A stretch of 64,000 nt of DNA from Mobula hypostoma (taxonomy: Eukaryota): the NCBI RefSeq assembly GCF_963921235.1, contig NC_086097.1:184018001-184082000 (forward strand), in the 5' to 3' direction. Position 1 is the stretch's first letter. Every line of letters begins with the position of its first letter. The position numbers were made by a program, and so were the translations under genes. Positions 12,764 through 26,760 of the stretch are shown here, piece by piece. The notes below the pieces were generated by a model. The model ran no database searches. It was not told where the DNA came from and was given only the letters and a program-made list of their open reading frames with translations.

Positions 12764-13779
12764 TGGTGTGTGTTCTCTTGACTTGCCCTTCCTGAAGTCC
12801 CTTACTGACGTTGAATGCAAGGTTATTGTTGCGACTCTACTCAGCCAGCTGATTTATTTCACCCTGTACACCACCTCGTCATCATTGAAACTTTACCAAC
12901 TACAGTTGTGTCATCAGCAAATTTATAGATAGCATTTGAGCTGTGCCTAGCCACACAGTCAAAATCCTTGAGTTGCATCAGTGTTGATTGTCAGTGAGGA
13001 GGAGATGTTATTTCCAATGTGCTCCAGCTGAGAGCTCCAGATGAAGAATTCAAGGATCCATTTGTAGGGGGAGGTACAGAGATCCAAAATTTAGAAGCTT
13101 GTTGTTTAGTACTGAAGGCATGATGATGCTTACCACTGAGCTGTAATGAATGAACAGCAGCTTGGCATAGGGATGCTACTGTGCAGGTGATCCAAGTCTG
13201 AGCACACAGCCAGTGAGATTGCATCCACTTAGACCTTCTCTGGCGATAGGCGAATTGTTGTGCATTCAGATTCTTGCTTAGGCAGGACCATTCTGGCCAT
13301 GGCCAACCTCTTAAAACGCTTCATCACAGTAGATCTGAGTACAACTGTGATAGCTGCTGAGGCAGCTCACCCTCATCTTCTTGGGCACTGGCATGATTGT
13401 CACCCTTTTAAAGCTGGCGGGAAACTCCAATCAGCAATGAGAGATTGAAAATGTTTTTGAACACTCCCACCAGTTGGTTGGCATGGAATTTCAGTGTCCT
13501 GCCAGGTGCACCTTTTGGGCCTAATGTCTTGCGAGTGTCTAGCCTCACGGAAGATGTTCTGACATCGCTTTTCGAGACAGAGAGTGCATGGTTACCAGAT
13601 GCTGCAGGGACTTGAAAAGGTGTAGTTTTATTCTCCCTTTCAAAGTGTGCAAGAAATGTATTTAGCTCATCTGGGAGTGAAGTATCACAGTCGTTCATGA
13701 TGTTAGTTCTTTGTCTTGTAGGAAGCAATGGCCTACAAAGCTTGATGTGTATCTGATCTGTCTCTAATTTCAGTCGGAA

Positions 13780-14135
13780 TTATAGTTACCCTGCTGCCAT
13801 ACACAAGTCAGGGACAACATCATCTTCTGTCCCTCTAGCACCTCACATGTGACAAACATTTCTGAGAAGACCCCAACAATTTCCTCCCTTGCTTCCCATA
13901 CTAACCTAGGATAGATCTCATTTGGTCCTGGAATTTATCAAATCTTATACGTCACTTTACATCTAACACCTTCTTAGTACTGACCTGCTCCAGATTTTCG
14001 TGTTCCCCTCCCTAGACTCAGACTTCCATATCCTTCTCCTTGGTGAACATAGATGATAAGTATTCATTAAGAAACTCGTCCATATCATCTAGCTTCATCA
14101 CTTTGGTCCCACTTTTTCTCTGGCTACCATCTTGA
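13780..14135 (-). mobile_element. CR1 continuation (5' side of 10150-11297)
   Basis: Degraded DK.PGP.EIYPR region and GTATTCATT...GTGAA (NEY.SS.FT) remnants. Confidence 0.55.
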
Positions 14136-15957
14136 TCAAGGCAAATAAGGTTTCAGAGTAATAATAGAAGTAAGATCATCATGCTGCTATGTCTATGGTC
14201 CATCCGTGGCAAGTGTCCAGCATTGCTTCCAAGTTGAGGTGGTTTCAATAAGGAGGATGGGTAGAATATGTATAGAATACCAGTTTACTGCAGGGATCCA
14301 CTAATTCAGGCCTAGTGAAGTTTGATGCCCCAGTCAATGAGGAAGACTCTCTAATCTTAACTGGTCAATGTCTGACCTCCAGAAAATTGTTAACAAGCAA
14401 TTTTTTGTTATACAATGGCAAATTATTGAGGGGAAATCTTCAGTTGTTGATGTCACTTTGATGAATGCATGTGCTGCTATCTGGAGATCTGAAACCACAA
14501 TTTTCAGTAAGGGAGGTAACTGGAACTTTATAGCTTTTAGTCAGTCTTTCAGGGGACTGAAAAAAGGAGGAGGTGTCTGGTCGTCACTAAGTATGTGGGT
14601 GAGGGTAATTGTGCATTGTTGATTGGATGGTAAATATAGGGGGCCATGATTTGGTGCCTGTGGTAATGCTGCTGCAGCTAAAAGTGCAGATTTTCAAGTT
14701 CTCATGTGAGGCCATTGCTTCATATTCTTAGTGAATAACCCATCACCTGACATGACAGGTTGTGAAGACTTCATGCTCCATCTTCCCCTGCTACTTCACC
14801 TCTCGGTATACAGATCATTCCGCTCCATGTGATTTTCTTCCACTATTTTACTGAGATCTTGCTCTGTGAAACTGCAGGTGTGGCATTTGCTTCCATTCCT
14901 CTCCTGCCCCTTTACGATGTTATTGTACATCAGTAGTAGTCACAAGTTGAATCAGTGCGGTGCAGGAGCATCTTTAAGGATTGAAGCCATGAGGTCAAAA
15001 TGATGCAGCAGTGACAGCAGATATATGAAACACAATTTATTTTTCCGTAAGGCGCACTAGTTGAAAACCAAGGCGCTATCTGTGGGAAAAATATCTGCCT
15101 CTGCAAGACTTGTGATTATGTCATTATCCTTCAGGAACTTTAATCAAGGTGATAGGGTAACTGTTGTGCCTGTGCACAACTACATATCAATTAAATGAAA
15201 GCACGCATGTGGGAGATGGCTTTAACTGGTGTATTCATATTGCTCTGAGAGAGAGAAAACAATGCGCATGCCCAGATAACAAATCAATATGTGGTGCTAA
15301 ATGGGGAAGGAAGGTGGGGGTCATTGCTCTGAAAGAAATATATCCAGACATTATACTTTCTCCCTCCTCCAGGTTAATGCAACATAAAACTGTATAACAT
15401 TCAATTCCAAATAAACATGCTTTCACAATAACAGCCCATAACTAACTTCACAGTTCTAAAGGTTCAGTCTTTTGGGTGGTACTTTATTTCTTTCAGAATA
15501 GCACCTCTGGACCTGTGGAGTGGCATTAGGTTTGGCAGGTGTCTTATCAACAAAAACATTCTTGTCGTAATTCTGGACCTATGGAATAGCATCAGGTTTG
15601 GTAGGTGTCTTGTCTAAGACAACGTTCTCGGTTTCTGGTGTCACATGGCTGTCAGTGACATCATCATTGAGAGACAAGTCCAATGACTGCAATGTGTCAT
15701 TCGTGTTGGACGCAGTCAGCTCAGCTGTGCTCTTCAGCTGAGCGTCCAGTATCTGGTCCATATAGTTTCTCCATGTCTGATTTCCAACATCCAGCCTGTG
15801 TACATCAGTGTTCCAGTTCTTGTAGCTATCCTACAAGGTGTCCACTTGTCTTCTTGGTAATCACACGCAAGACTTCCTGTCCAACCTCAAAGTTCCTTGC
15901 TGCTTCACTTGGCAACTGGCTGAACTGTTTATTCTGTAATTCCCTCCAGAGGTCTGG

Positions 15958-16460
15958 TTACAGGAGGTCTATGTGAGATCTCAGATTCCTATTCGTGAAC
16001 AGCATTGCAGGTGTTTGATTTGATGTTGCATGAACAAAGTTCCGATACACTAAAAGGAAGTTGTCCGGTTTGTGCTGTAGAGAAATGTCCTGCTTGTCCA
16101 TTGCTTTAATAGACTTCTTGAAGGTTTGAATAAACCCTTCAGCTAACCCATTCATTGCTGGGTGTTGAGGAGCTGACTTGAAATGTTTGATGCCATTTTT
16201 CTTCATGAACAGTTAGAATTCTTCTGATGTGTACTGGGGTCCATTGTCACACAATTAGTTCGGGAAAGCTGTTCCTGGTGAAGATGGTCCTCAAAGACAG
16301 TCTTTGCTGAGGTGGTTGACTTCATTGGTTTAATGTCTGGCTACCCCAAAGGAGCATCCACAGCAATCAGAAACATAGAGTCCATGAATGGCCCAGCAAA
16401 CTCAATATGTACTCTTTGCCATGGTGACAACAGCCACTTCCACTCCCAAGTATGTAGCAC
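15958..16460 (-). pseudogene. Gypsy integrase core, disrupted
   Basis: WQRVHIEFAGPF; DNGPQYTS; NGIKHFKSAPQHPAMNGLAEGFIQTFK. Confidence 0.85.
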
Positions 16461-17113
16461 CAGGTTGAAGCTCACATTGAAAATCCCCACATATGCGAAT
16501 GGCTTTAGCCTTCCCTTTCCTGATCACCTGGACAATGGGCACAGCTCAGTTGCTCCATTCAACCGTGGAGAGAATTCCCATTGCCTCCAAAATCTGCAGT
16601 TTAGTATCCACTTTAGGACGTAATGTATACTACACTGGATGGACTTTATGGAATCTTGTAATTGCTGTTTCATCCAGTTCAATTCTGGCCTTCATGTCTT
16701 TGAGTTTACCAATCCACTTCTCAAACACTTTCTCATTTGCATTAAGTAACTGTGCCAGTTTCTGATTAGTACTACCATCTGGGCTACCATTGCCTGTTGA
16801 TGTCATACTGAGAGCTTTGGTTGATTGCCAGTCTAGATGGATGTCTGAAAACTGGTTGATTTTTCTCCACTATTCATGTCCACTTTTCAATACATAAAGC
16901 TCTAACTTCTAACTGCTGTGTTTGGCCTCCATGCATCACCATCAGTTTTCAGTTTTCCTTTGAGGGACACTTCTTCACCTGTGCAGGTCTTTAGCATCAC
17001 TGAAGTCTTCTCTAATTATATCTTAGAAAACAGTCTGTTGTAGTCAGCCTCTGGAAGTATAGACGAAGTTAACCCTGTATCTAGCTCCATTTTCAGTTTT
17101 ACATCAGACACAT

Positions 17114-17843
17114 CTATTGTGATCCAGATGGTTTATGATCTGCTTCAGTTATACTATGCAGTTCTAGGCATGACAGTTCATTTTTGTCAGACTCTATGTT
17201 GTCTGATTCTGTTTTACATTCGGTAACTTGCGTTTGCTCAGTTTTGTGTTTGAGATTTTTCACTCGTTTGTGCTTTGTTTTTGCCTTACACATTCTCTCT
17301 GTGTGACTTTGTCTGTGACACCTTCTGCAAATCTTTGCTTTGAACCAATAGTCATTTGCATCATGAGAGGATTTGCCACATTGATAAAATGTTTGGCTTT
17401 TTACACCATTCAGGGACATTTTGTATGTTTCACATTCAAACCTCTTTCTTCTGTCGTTCTGTTGCATCCTTTGTTGCAGTCTCTAATGATATTGCAATGT
17501 TTAATACCCATTCTAAGGTTAGGTCTCTTTGGGACAGTAGTCTCTTTTGAGTGCTTTGACTATGCATGCCACATACAAGCCTATCCCTTAATGCATCAGA
17601 AAGTCCATCTCTAAAATCACAGTACTGGGAAAGTTTGTGCAGTTCTGAAATGTATTCAGAAATGCTTTCATCTTTTGACTGGTTCCGTTTGTAAAATCTA
17701 GATCTCTCAGCTATTACTAACAGTTTAGGGTTCAAATGATTTAGTAAAGGTGTAACAATTTTATGGAGTGCCTCAATATACAACTCCCAGCCTTTATTAT
17801 CACTATCAAATTCATCAACTTTCCTGACTGAAGTCATTGCCAC
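17114..17843 (-). pseudogene. Gypsy gag, frameshifted
   Basis: IAERSRFYKRNQSKDESISEY...LRDRLVCGM and decayed CCHC knuckles. Confidence 0.85.
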
Positions 17844-18548
17844 GTAAATTTCACCTTAAATTCAGCACATCTTTCACTGTTACTCACATGTCCTTCGGCT
17901 TTCTAGTGCTGTTTAACTCTTGCTGTTTTGTCCCATAACTGTTGTTGCAGTTCGTGACATTCTCTGACATTCAGGTTTGTATTTGTCGCCAATCTGTTGT
18001 GCCCGTACACGACTACATATCAATTAAATAAAAGGATGTACGCGGGAGATACTTTAACTGGTGTATTCACATTGCAGCAGGAGTGAGGGAGCAACGCTTA
18101 TGCACAGACAACAGATCAATATGTAGTGCTGGGAGGGGATCATTGCCTTAAAAGAAATAGGTCCATACATTACAGTAACTTGTTATAATATTGATTTTGG
18201 AGCCTTGAAATTTCTCAACCATCTTGTTAACTATGAAAAAATGGAGAAATCTGACTTTAATTTAAATGAATTATATCCAAATGTACCATATTTTCTGTGC
18301 ATGTGAATAAGTCTTTTGTTCAGGAATAATTTTCGCACAAGATCTCATTGGTGCTGACATGCTTTGTGCATTAGGGTGAACCGATGCTCAGTAGTAACTG
18401 AGTCTGCTAACTTGCTCAGGAAACATCAAACTCTACTCAGAACATGTAAAATAAAACATACACACTCAGAACAGGAATAAAACTCTTGCCCCAGATTATG
18501 AATTACTTGAAAGTGCCAGCCTGTCATCTTTGTGGCTATAGGCACTTG

Positions 18549-19095
18549 ATAATTCCAACTACGGTGTTGTCAAGATCTATGCTGATTTGGCCATATTTGC
18601 AATCCTGACAACTGAAGCATGAATCTGTCAAACTAAATAAGACGATTGCAGACATTTGTGTCAAGGTCAAGGCATTATCAGGTCTGTGAATTTGTAAGCA
18701 ACGTAAATATGATAGTGTCTGGCACCTTTCAAAGATACAGCAAGGTGATTGCTTACTGACAAAGAGAGAAAAAGCTTTAAAACTTGGAATAACAGTCTAC
18801 AAATCACTTCAGAGTGACTGCTATGTGCAATGCTACAATTGTTCATTGAGACAAATTGTTACTCCCTCAGAAGTATTCTCAATGCTCAGTAGAGTTTGGT
18901 TGCAACCATACAATGAATCGGTATAAGTTTTTTTTTGGAAACCACATGTATAATTGTTATTGATATATTTGTTTCTACGGTACTCAGTAATTTATTCAAT
19001 GTAGTATTTAATTTGACAGATTCATGCTACTGTTTTCAGGGCTGCAAAGATGGCCAAATCAGCATAGATCTTAACAACATTGTAGATGGAATTAT
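18549..19095. repeat. Long inverted repeat: 91-bp arms at 18549-18639 and 19005-19095
   Basis: Ungapped manual alignment of the left arm to the reverse complement of the right arm gives 80/91 identity; 365-bp spacer. Confidence 0.92.
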
Positions 19096-21109
19096 TCAAC
19101 ATTGTAAGAAACACATGCAGACAATATTCATGGTAAATAACTGACAATACAACTTCCTTTTATCAAAACATTCCATGTCGACATTTGGAAAATAACATTG
19201 AAAAAAATGGATATGTGATGACAGAATTGCTGTAGAAAATAAAGATATAAACTATTTGCTTCTTCTGTAATAAATACCCATTCTGAAAATACTTTTGTTA
19301 GCACAGTTTAAATTGCTGTTTTGCTTTCCTTTTATCCATTTACATGTTACATCTATTAGATGGCCATTTCTGAATACTGAGTGTCAAAGTAGATTATTAT
19401 ATCCAATACTGATATCCTAAGGGGAATAGAGCATGAGGTATCAAACCTTAATGTAGTTTCAGCAGCGGAACTTAATGGAACTTACACTCTTTCATTAACG
19501 TGATATAGGTGCTGGTACAGTTTCACACTACTGTAACATAACAAGTTCAAATGTGCACTTACATGGAAACGCTTCTGCCAGTTTTATGCCTTATTATTAA
19601 TACACTATAATATAGGAGAAAGAAAATCAAGAACTAAACCTCACAGTTGTGCCTTACTCTGTATTGAAGTTGACATGTTCACATTATTTGCAGTTTTTCT
19701 GAACTTCAGCACTAAGTCAGAGGTAGAAACAAGATGGAAAATGAAAGACCTTTTTGGGCCAGCAGTTTCAACATGCAGTGATACGAGGAGAAACCCTCAT
19801 GCCTGAGCAGTTAGACCTGAAATGGACATGATATTGGCCTACTATGATCAAACCAGTGTGCAGTGGGTGCCTAACGAGTGTCAATAGGCAGCATGCCAGG
19901 AAAGAAAGAAATAGCATTAGTGGCATGGCTTCAAAATGAGATTGATAATTGGATCACTGTAAGAATTGTAGGGTATATGGGAATGCAAGTGATGAGAATC
20001 AAAACCAACAATGGACAGTAGAGGTCCTGATGGCATGTGGCATTCTAGAGCAACAGACTATATTCCTTGAAGATGCAATTCTTCATCAGGCTACACATAT
20101 TTTAAATATTTTGCTTCTTGTAGCAATAGCTTTAATAGATATGTGTAGGTTACATGTATGCTTGCTTCCCACAATGTAGTTGCATTCACAGTAGGGGTAC
20201 TGGGTGCTGGTTTTTGTATCCATAATAACACAGCTCATTTGAGCCTGCTCTTCTTGAATTAATTTTTTAAATTTACATAGCACATTAAGACATATTTGGC
20301 ATTCCAGAAATAGGCATTTCACAGTCAAATTTCTAATCTTTTATCCTCACTAGAGCTTTGAACCTGGAAAATGGTTCCTCATTAGGCAAGTTTCATTGTT
20401 GAATAAGAAATTGGAATAATTGTCCCTAACAATATAATCCGTGCCAGGCAAGGAAAATGATCAGACTCTTCGAGAATGCAGCACAATTTTACACTTTTAA
20501 TAAATTGTTAATACATGTTATTTTAGTAAGTCACATTGGGCTGTGAAACAATCCTGCTGAACTAAAGGGAATAAACATTAAATCATTGGTATTCTTGTTT
20601 AATAAAAATGCTTATTATTCATTAGAATTACTGGCTTCAGTCATTTCACTCGAAGTTTCATTTGAAATTAAATAATCCAACAGTGAGTAAACTTTTGCCT
20701 TCCAGTTGAACTCTATTGATCATCTCTTTCATGAATTATTCTGAAGTAATGATGTTAAAATTAATTTGATGTAGAGGGACTCTGAGCTGTGCTCTTCTCA
20801 TACATGGAGTCTGGCATCCGTTTAATGATGCTAAAACAGTAAATATTTTCTTTGAGAAATTTGGTAGAATTAGAAATAAAATAAATGTTCCATTAGCTTA
20901 ATGTTGGGGAAGTGCAGCAATCTGAGGCACACAATTTTTAGCAACCAAAAATCTGCTGTCAGGGATGATTAATGTAAAATATTCCTAATTTTTTCATGAT
21001 TTCTTACAACATGGAGGTAGGTCATTCAGCCCACTGAGGGACCAATCATATTAACATTGGTTGCCAACATTGGGGATGCCCCAGCACATAACAATGAGCA
21101 TGATGCTAT

Positions 21110-21340
21110 TACATCCTGGGGCATTCCAGTGTTCAGAGTTCAATTCCAGTGGCATTCCGTAAGAAATCACAGTATGTCCTCTCCATGGATTGTGTGGGTT
21201 TTCTCAAGATCCTCCAATTTCCTCCCACAGTCCAAAGAATGTGGGAGGAAGTATTAATTTGGTTAATTGGTCATTGGATATTGTCCCATGATTAGGTTAG
21301 GGTTAATCGGGTTTGTCAGGGGTTGATGGGGTGGCACGTG
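21110..21340 (+). mobile_element. V-SINE remnant
   Basis: GAGTTCAATTCC B-box and V-domain TGTGTGGGTTTTCTC...TTTCCTCCCACAGTCCAAAGA. Confidence 0.7.
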
Positions 21341-21699
21341 GAAATTTACAGTGGTATGTGAGAGCATACAGAAAAACCATCCAGTCACAGGGAGAATGCA
21401 TAAATTCTACAAACACCTACAATAAAAATGTACCTGAATCATGTCATTACGCCACTCTTTTTTTACTTCCAAAGTACATCTATTGGATGTAATGGAAATA
21501 AAATCTAGTAGGTAGTGATCATTATTGTTCCATAAGGAAACAGAGAAGAATAGAAACATCCAAATACACTTGGTGCTTCTCCTCACCATGAAGAAAATAT
21601 CTTCTGAAAACACGTAACCTGACTGATTAATGGTGGAGCAGACTTGATGGGCCAAATGGCCTAATTCTGCTGCTATATCTTATCATTTTATGATTGTTC

Positions 21700-24600
21700 A
21701 AAGATGTTGCACCTGAACTCAAGGGGGAGCAATATCCTTGCAGGTAGGTTCACTGGCATGGTTCGGGAGGGTTTAAACTGATTTGCAAGGGGGATGGGAC
21801 CCAGAGCGATAGAGCAGTGAAAGAAGTGCATGGAGTAAAGCCAGATCTAACATATAGAGAGGCTTTGAGGAAAGAGAAGCAGAATAAAGGGTGTAAAGGT
21901 AGGAAGGTAGAAGGTCTAAGGTGTGTGTACGTCAATGCAAGAAGCATCAGGAACAAAGGTGATGAACTGAGAGCTTGGATACATACATGGAATTATGATG
22001 TAGTGGCCATTACAGAGACTTGGCTGGCACCAGGGCAGGAATGGATTCTCAATATTCCTGGAATTCAGTGCTTTAAAAGGGATAGAGAGGAGGAAAAAAG
22101 GGGAGGAGGGGTGGCATTACTGGTCAGGGATACTATTACAGCTACAGAAAGGGTGGGTTATATAGCAGGATCCTCTTTTGAGTCAGTATGGGTGGAAGTC
22201 AGGAACAGGAAGGGAGCAGTTACTCAGTTTGGGGCATTCTATAGGCCCCCTGATAGCAGCAGAGATACCAAGGAGCAGATTGGGAGGCAGATTTTGGAAG
22301 GGTGCAAAAATAACAGGATTGTTATCATGGGTGACTTTAACTTCCCTAGTATTGATTGGCACCTGATTAGTTCCAAGGGTTTAGACGGGCCAGAGTTTGT
22401 TAAGTGTGTCCAGGACAGATTCCTGTCACAGTATGTTGACAGGCCAACTAGGGGGAATGCCATACTAGATCTAGTATTAGGTAACGAACCAGGTTAGGTC
22501 ACAGATCCCTCAGTGGGTGAGCATCTGGGGGACAGTGACCACCGCTCCCTGGCCTTTAGCATTATCATGGAAAAGGATAGAATCAGAGAGGACAGGAAAA
22601 TTTTTAATTGGGGATGGGCAAATTATGAGGCTATAAGGCTAGAACTTGCAGGTGTGAAGTGTGATGATGTTCTTTTCAGGGAAATGTACTATGGACATGT
22701 GGTTGATGTTTAGAGATCTCTTGCAGAATGTTAGGGATAAATTTGCCCCGGTGAGGAAGATAAGGAGTGGTAGGGTGAAGGAACCATGGATGATAAGTGA
22801 GGTGGAAAATCTAGTCAGGTGGAAGAAGGCAGCATACATGAGTTTTAGGAAGCAAGGATCAGATGGGTCTATTGAGGAATATAGGGTAGCAAGAAAAGAG
22901 CTTAAGAAGGGGATGAGAAGAGTAAGAAGGGGGCATGAGAAGGCCTTGGCAAGTAGGGTAAAGGAAAACCCCAAGGCATTCTTCAATTATGTGAAGAACA
23001 AAAGGATGACAGGAGTGAAGGTAGGACCGATTAGAGATAAAGGTGGGAAGATGTCCCTGGAGGCTGCGGAAATGAGCGAGGTCCTCAATGAATACATCTC
23101 TTCGGTATTCACCAGTGAGAGGGAACTTGAAGACGATGAGGACAATATGAGTGAGGTTGATGTTCTGGAGCATGTTGATATTAAGGGAGAGGAGGTATTG
23201 GAGTTATTAAAATACATTAGGATGGATAAGTCCCTGGGGCCAGACGAAATATTCCCCAGGCTGCTCCATGAGGCAAGGGAAGGGATTGCTGAGTCTCTGG
23301 CTAGGATCTTTATGTCCTCGTTGTCCACGGGAATGGTACCGGAGGACTGGAGGGAGGCAAATGTTGTCCCCTTGTTCAAAAAAGGTAGTAGGGATAGTCC
23401 GGGTGATTATAGACCAGTAAGCCTTTCGTTTGTGGTGGCAAAGCTGTTGGAAAAGATTCTTAGAGATATGATCTATGACCATTTAGATAATTATGGTCTG
23501 ATCAGGGACAGTCAACATGGCTTTGTGAAGGGCAGATTGTGTCTAACAAGCTTGATAGAGTTCTTTGAGGAGGTGACCAGGCATATAGATAAGGGTAGTG
23601 CAGTGGATGTGATCTATATGGATTTTAGTAAGGCATTTGACAAGGTTCCACACGGCAGGTTTATTCAGAAAGTCAGAAGGCATGGGATCCAGGGAAGTTT
23701 GGCTATATGGATTCAGAATTGGCTTGCCTGCAGAAGGCAGAGGGTCATGGTGGAGGGAGTGCATTCGGATTGGAGGGTTGTGACTAGTGGTGTCCCACAA
23801 GGATCGGTTCTGGGACCTCTACTTTTCGTAATTTTTATTAACGACCTAGATGTGGGGGTAGAAGGGTGGGTTGGCAAGTTTGCAGATGACACAAAGTTTG
23901 GTGGAGTTGTAGGTAGTGTAGAGGATTGTCGAAGATTGCAGAGAGACATTGATAGGATGCAGGAGTGGGCTGAGAAGTGGCAGATGGAGTTCAATCCTGA
24001 GAACTGTGAGATGGTACACTTTGGAAGGACAAACTCCAAGGCAGAGTACAAAGTAAATGGCAGGATACTTGGTAGTGTGGAGGAGCAGAGGGATCTGGGG
24101 GTACATGTCCACAGATGTCTGAAAGTTGCATCACAGGTAGAGAGGGTAGTTAAGAAAGCTTATGAGGGGTTAGCTTTCATAAGTCAAGGGATAGGGTTTG
24201 AGTCGCGAGGTAATAATGCAGCTCTATAAAACTCTGGTTAGGCCACAATTGGAGTACTGTGTCCAGTTCTGGTCGCCTCACTACAGGAAGGATGTGAAAG
24301 CATTAGAAAGGGTATAGAGGAGATTTACCAGGATGTTGCCTGGTTTAGAGAGTATGGATTATGATTAGAGATTAAGGGAGGTAGGGTTTTTCTCTTTGGA
24401 GAGGAGGAGGATGAGAGAAGACATGATAGACATATACAAGATATTAAGAGGAATAGATAGAGTGGACAGCCAGCGCCTCTTCCCCAGGGAACCACTGCTC
24501 AAGACAAGGGGACATGGATTTAAGGTAAGGGGTGGGAAGTTCAAGGAGGATATTAGAGGAAGGTTTTTTACTCAGAGAGTGGTTGGTGTGTGGAATACAC

Positions 24601-24763
24601 TGCCTGAGTCAGTTGTGGCGGCAGATACACTAGTGAAATTTAAGAGACTACTAGACAGGTATATTGAGGAATTTAATGTGGGGGGTTATATGGGAGGCAG
24701 GGTTTGAGGGTCAGCACAACAATGTGGGCTGAAGGGCCTGTACTGTGTTGTACTATTCTATGT
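21700..24763 (+). mobile_element. CR1 LINE, 5'-truncated near the end of ORF1
   Basis: ORF1 end (LHLNSRGSNILAGRF), complete ORF2 domain order, 3' end GGGCTGAAGGGCCTGTACTGTG...TTCTATGT. Confidence 0.95.
21817..24707 (+). pseudogene. CR1 ORF2 (APE endonuclease plus reverse transcriptase), several stops and frameshifts
   Basis: YVNARSI, ITETW, GGGVALLV, MGDFN, GDSDH; YRPVSL, SQHGF, DFSKAFDKVPH, GVPQGSVLGP, KFADDTK. Confidence 0.95.
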
Positions 24764-26324
24764 TAATCCAAGTAATTGTATTTAAGGAGTGAAACACTGA
24801 TTCCATTATGTCACTTTTCTTTCTAAACACATGATTTTCATCAATTTGTGGACCTATATCTGCCTGACACGTTCTTTTTAATGACAAACTGCTTCATGGG
24901 AGGAAGAGGAAACAACATACTTCTGTTCTGTTGAACTGTTGAAAGGATGAAAGACTCCATATATGATAAATTGATAAATACACAGGTCAAAGAAATTCTC
25001 TCTACAATGAATTAACTTTAGCATTAGTTTTACAATAATTATGAAAGTAATGATCAGTGAACATTTAACAACTGAGCTCAACTGGGAAGCAGGATTTTAC
25101 TTGCAATAAGGTTCTTTAATTTCAAATGGTCTTCTGAGTGAAATGACTCCAGCCAGTAATTTACTTTTGGAGAATAATAAACAAAAAAAAGTGGTTTAAT
25201 ATTTCTTCCCCTTAGTTTTGCTGGCCACCATTAATTTCAGAACCTTATGGATATAGTATAGCGAGCAGTGCTTATTTACAATACGTTGCATGTGGAAGTG
25301 GATGTTAAAGAACAAAAACGTGAACAAGCAAAAATCCTATTGCTGAATTTTCACAAGATGGTGCTATGAAATGTCATTTAGAATTGACTAAAGAAACTTG
25401 AGCTGTATGGGAAAACATCTGCTTCCTGATTGGAGTTCTTTGTAAATACCTAACTGAGACTAGGGCTTCACAGAATAAAAAAATACTTCTACTCTATAAC
25501 TCTGAGACAAAGTCCTTGTTGTGCCAATGTGTTCCTATGCCCACATGCCCACTGTCTGAGCTGATAGTTGTGAAAGGGTGCACGTGACTGAGAAAGTTAA
25601 AACATAGAATTCCATTTTAAGATTCAATTAACATATTTAAGATACAATCGAAGAGCTTGCCCTTTAATGATGTCAGAAAATAACTTAAGCCATTGAATTT
25701 ATGCCAAAAGCTTCATCAAGTTAACTGATTTACAAGAAGGTGGTTTCACAATACAAGTTGCAGATCCAGGATTTTTGTTACAGAGATTTACTAAGGGACT
25801 CATTAGCAATGTTAATGAATTAATGTGAGATTTATTTAAAGGTGAACACAGGACATCGTGAAAAATACTTCAAGTGAATCTGCTGTTACTTGTAGTTCTG
25901 TATGAAATAAAGCAGCTAGAGAATTATTCTGTTAACTAATTAATCTGGATTTTCTGCAAGGATTCACCCATAAGGAAACTGAGCTGAAAAGGGGAATGAA
26001 GCTTATTTGCTAGGTGCATTTGTTGAACACAATAGAATTTTTTTATCTTTATAATAGGGCTTTGTGTTAAAATCTAAAGAAGATTCTTACAGTTGTAGTT
26101 CATTAACAACACAAAATAACAATTTACTGGGGACCTTCAGCAAAATGACCATTGCATATTTGTGCTACAATATTTACATCTTACTTACTGAGGGATATTC
26201 AGTTGCCAGATGATTCTGGTCATTGGCTAAATTATAGTCCGAAGCACAATGTGTTGTTTAATAGTATTTGAACTAGAGCAAAAATAAGAAATGATAATTG
26301 TAGAGATTTGGTTTGTCACCTAAA

Positions 26325-26760
26325 ACACTCAAAAACTTGAACATGGAGAGCATTCTAACAGGCTGCTTCACCGTCTGGTATGGAAGTTAGGAGGGCTACT
26401 GCATAGGATCGAAGTAAGATGCATAGAGTTGTAAAATTAGTTTGGTCCTTCATGGATACTAGCCTCTGTAGTACCCAAGGCATCTTTAAGGAGCAATGCC
26501 TCAGGAAGGTGTCGTCCATTATTAAGGACTCCCAACTCAGCTTCATCCCCTCTGCCATCTGAATTCTAAACGGACATTGAATCCATGGACACTACTTTTA
26601 AGATTTATTTGTTTTTACACTAATTATTTTATCTACTTAATATACAAATAGATGCTTACTGTAATTCAGTTTTTTCTATGTTGATCGCATATTGCATTGA
26701 ATCGCTGCCACAAAGTTAACACATTTCACAATTTATGACAGTAATATTAAACCTGATTGT
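26325..26760 (+). mobile_element. Rex1/Babar LINE 3' fragment
   Basis: ESILTGCFTVWYG...DRSKMHRVV; 3'UTR ending ATTAAACCTGATT. Confidence 0.7.

Larger units (their letters stand above)
11298..13790 (-). mobile_element. Rex1/Babar LINE fragment inserted in CR1 and carrying two nested inserts
   Basis: Tail GAATCAGAATC at about 11300; ORF 11896-12159 (ESILT...HPGHNLFSLAPSRGRYRSLK); ORF 13408-13728 (DTSLPDELNTFLAHFE...ANQLVGVFKNIFNLSL). Confidence 0.85.
15162..18174 (-). mobile_element. Ty3/Gypsy (Mag-like) LTR retrotransposon, internally deleted
   Basis: LTRs 15162-15355 and 17995-18174; 5-bp TSD GTAAC (15157-15161 and 18175-18179); PBS TGGCGAC next to the 5' LTR; PPT next to the 3' LTR; gag, protease (LKMELDTG) and integrase remnants. 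Confidence 0.93.

Noticed and set aside
14160..15150. Possible very old L2 or Harbinger remnant
   Set aside because: Similarity too weak to support by eye.
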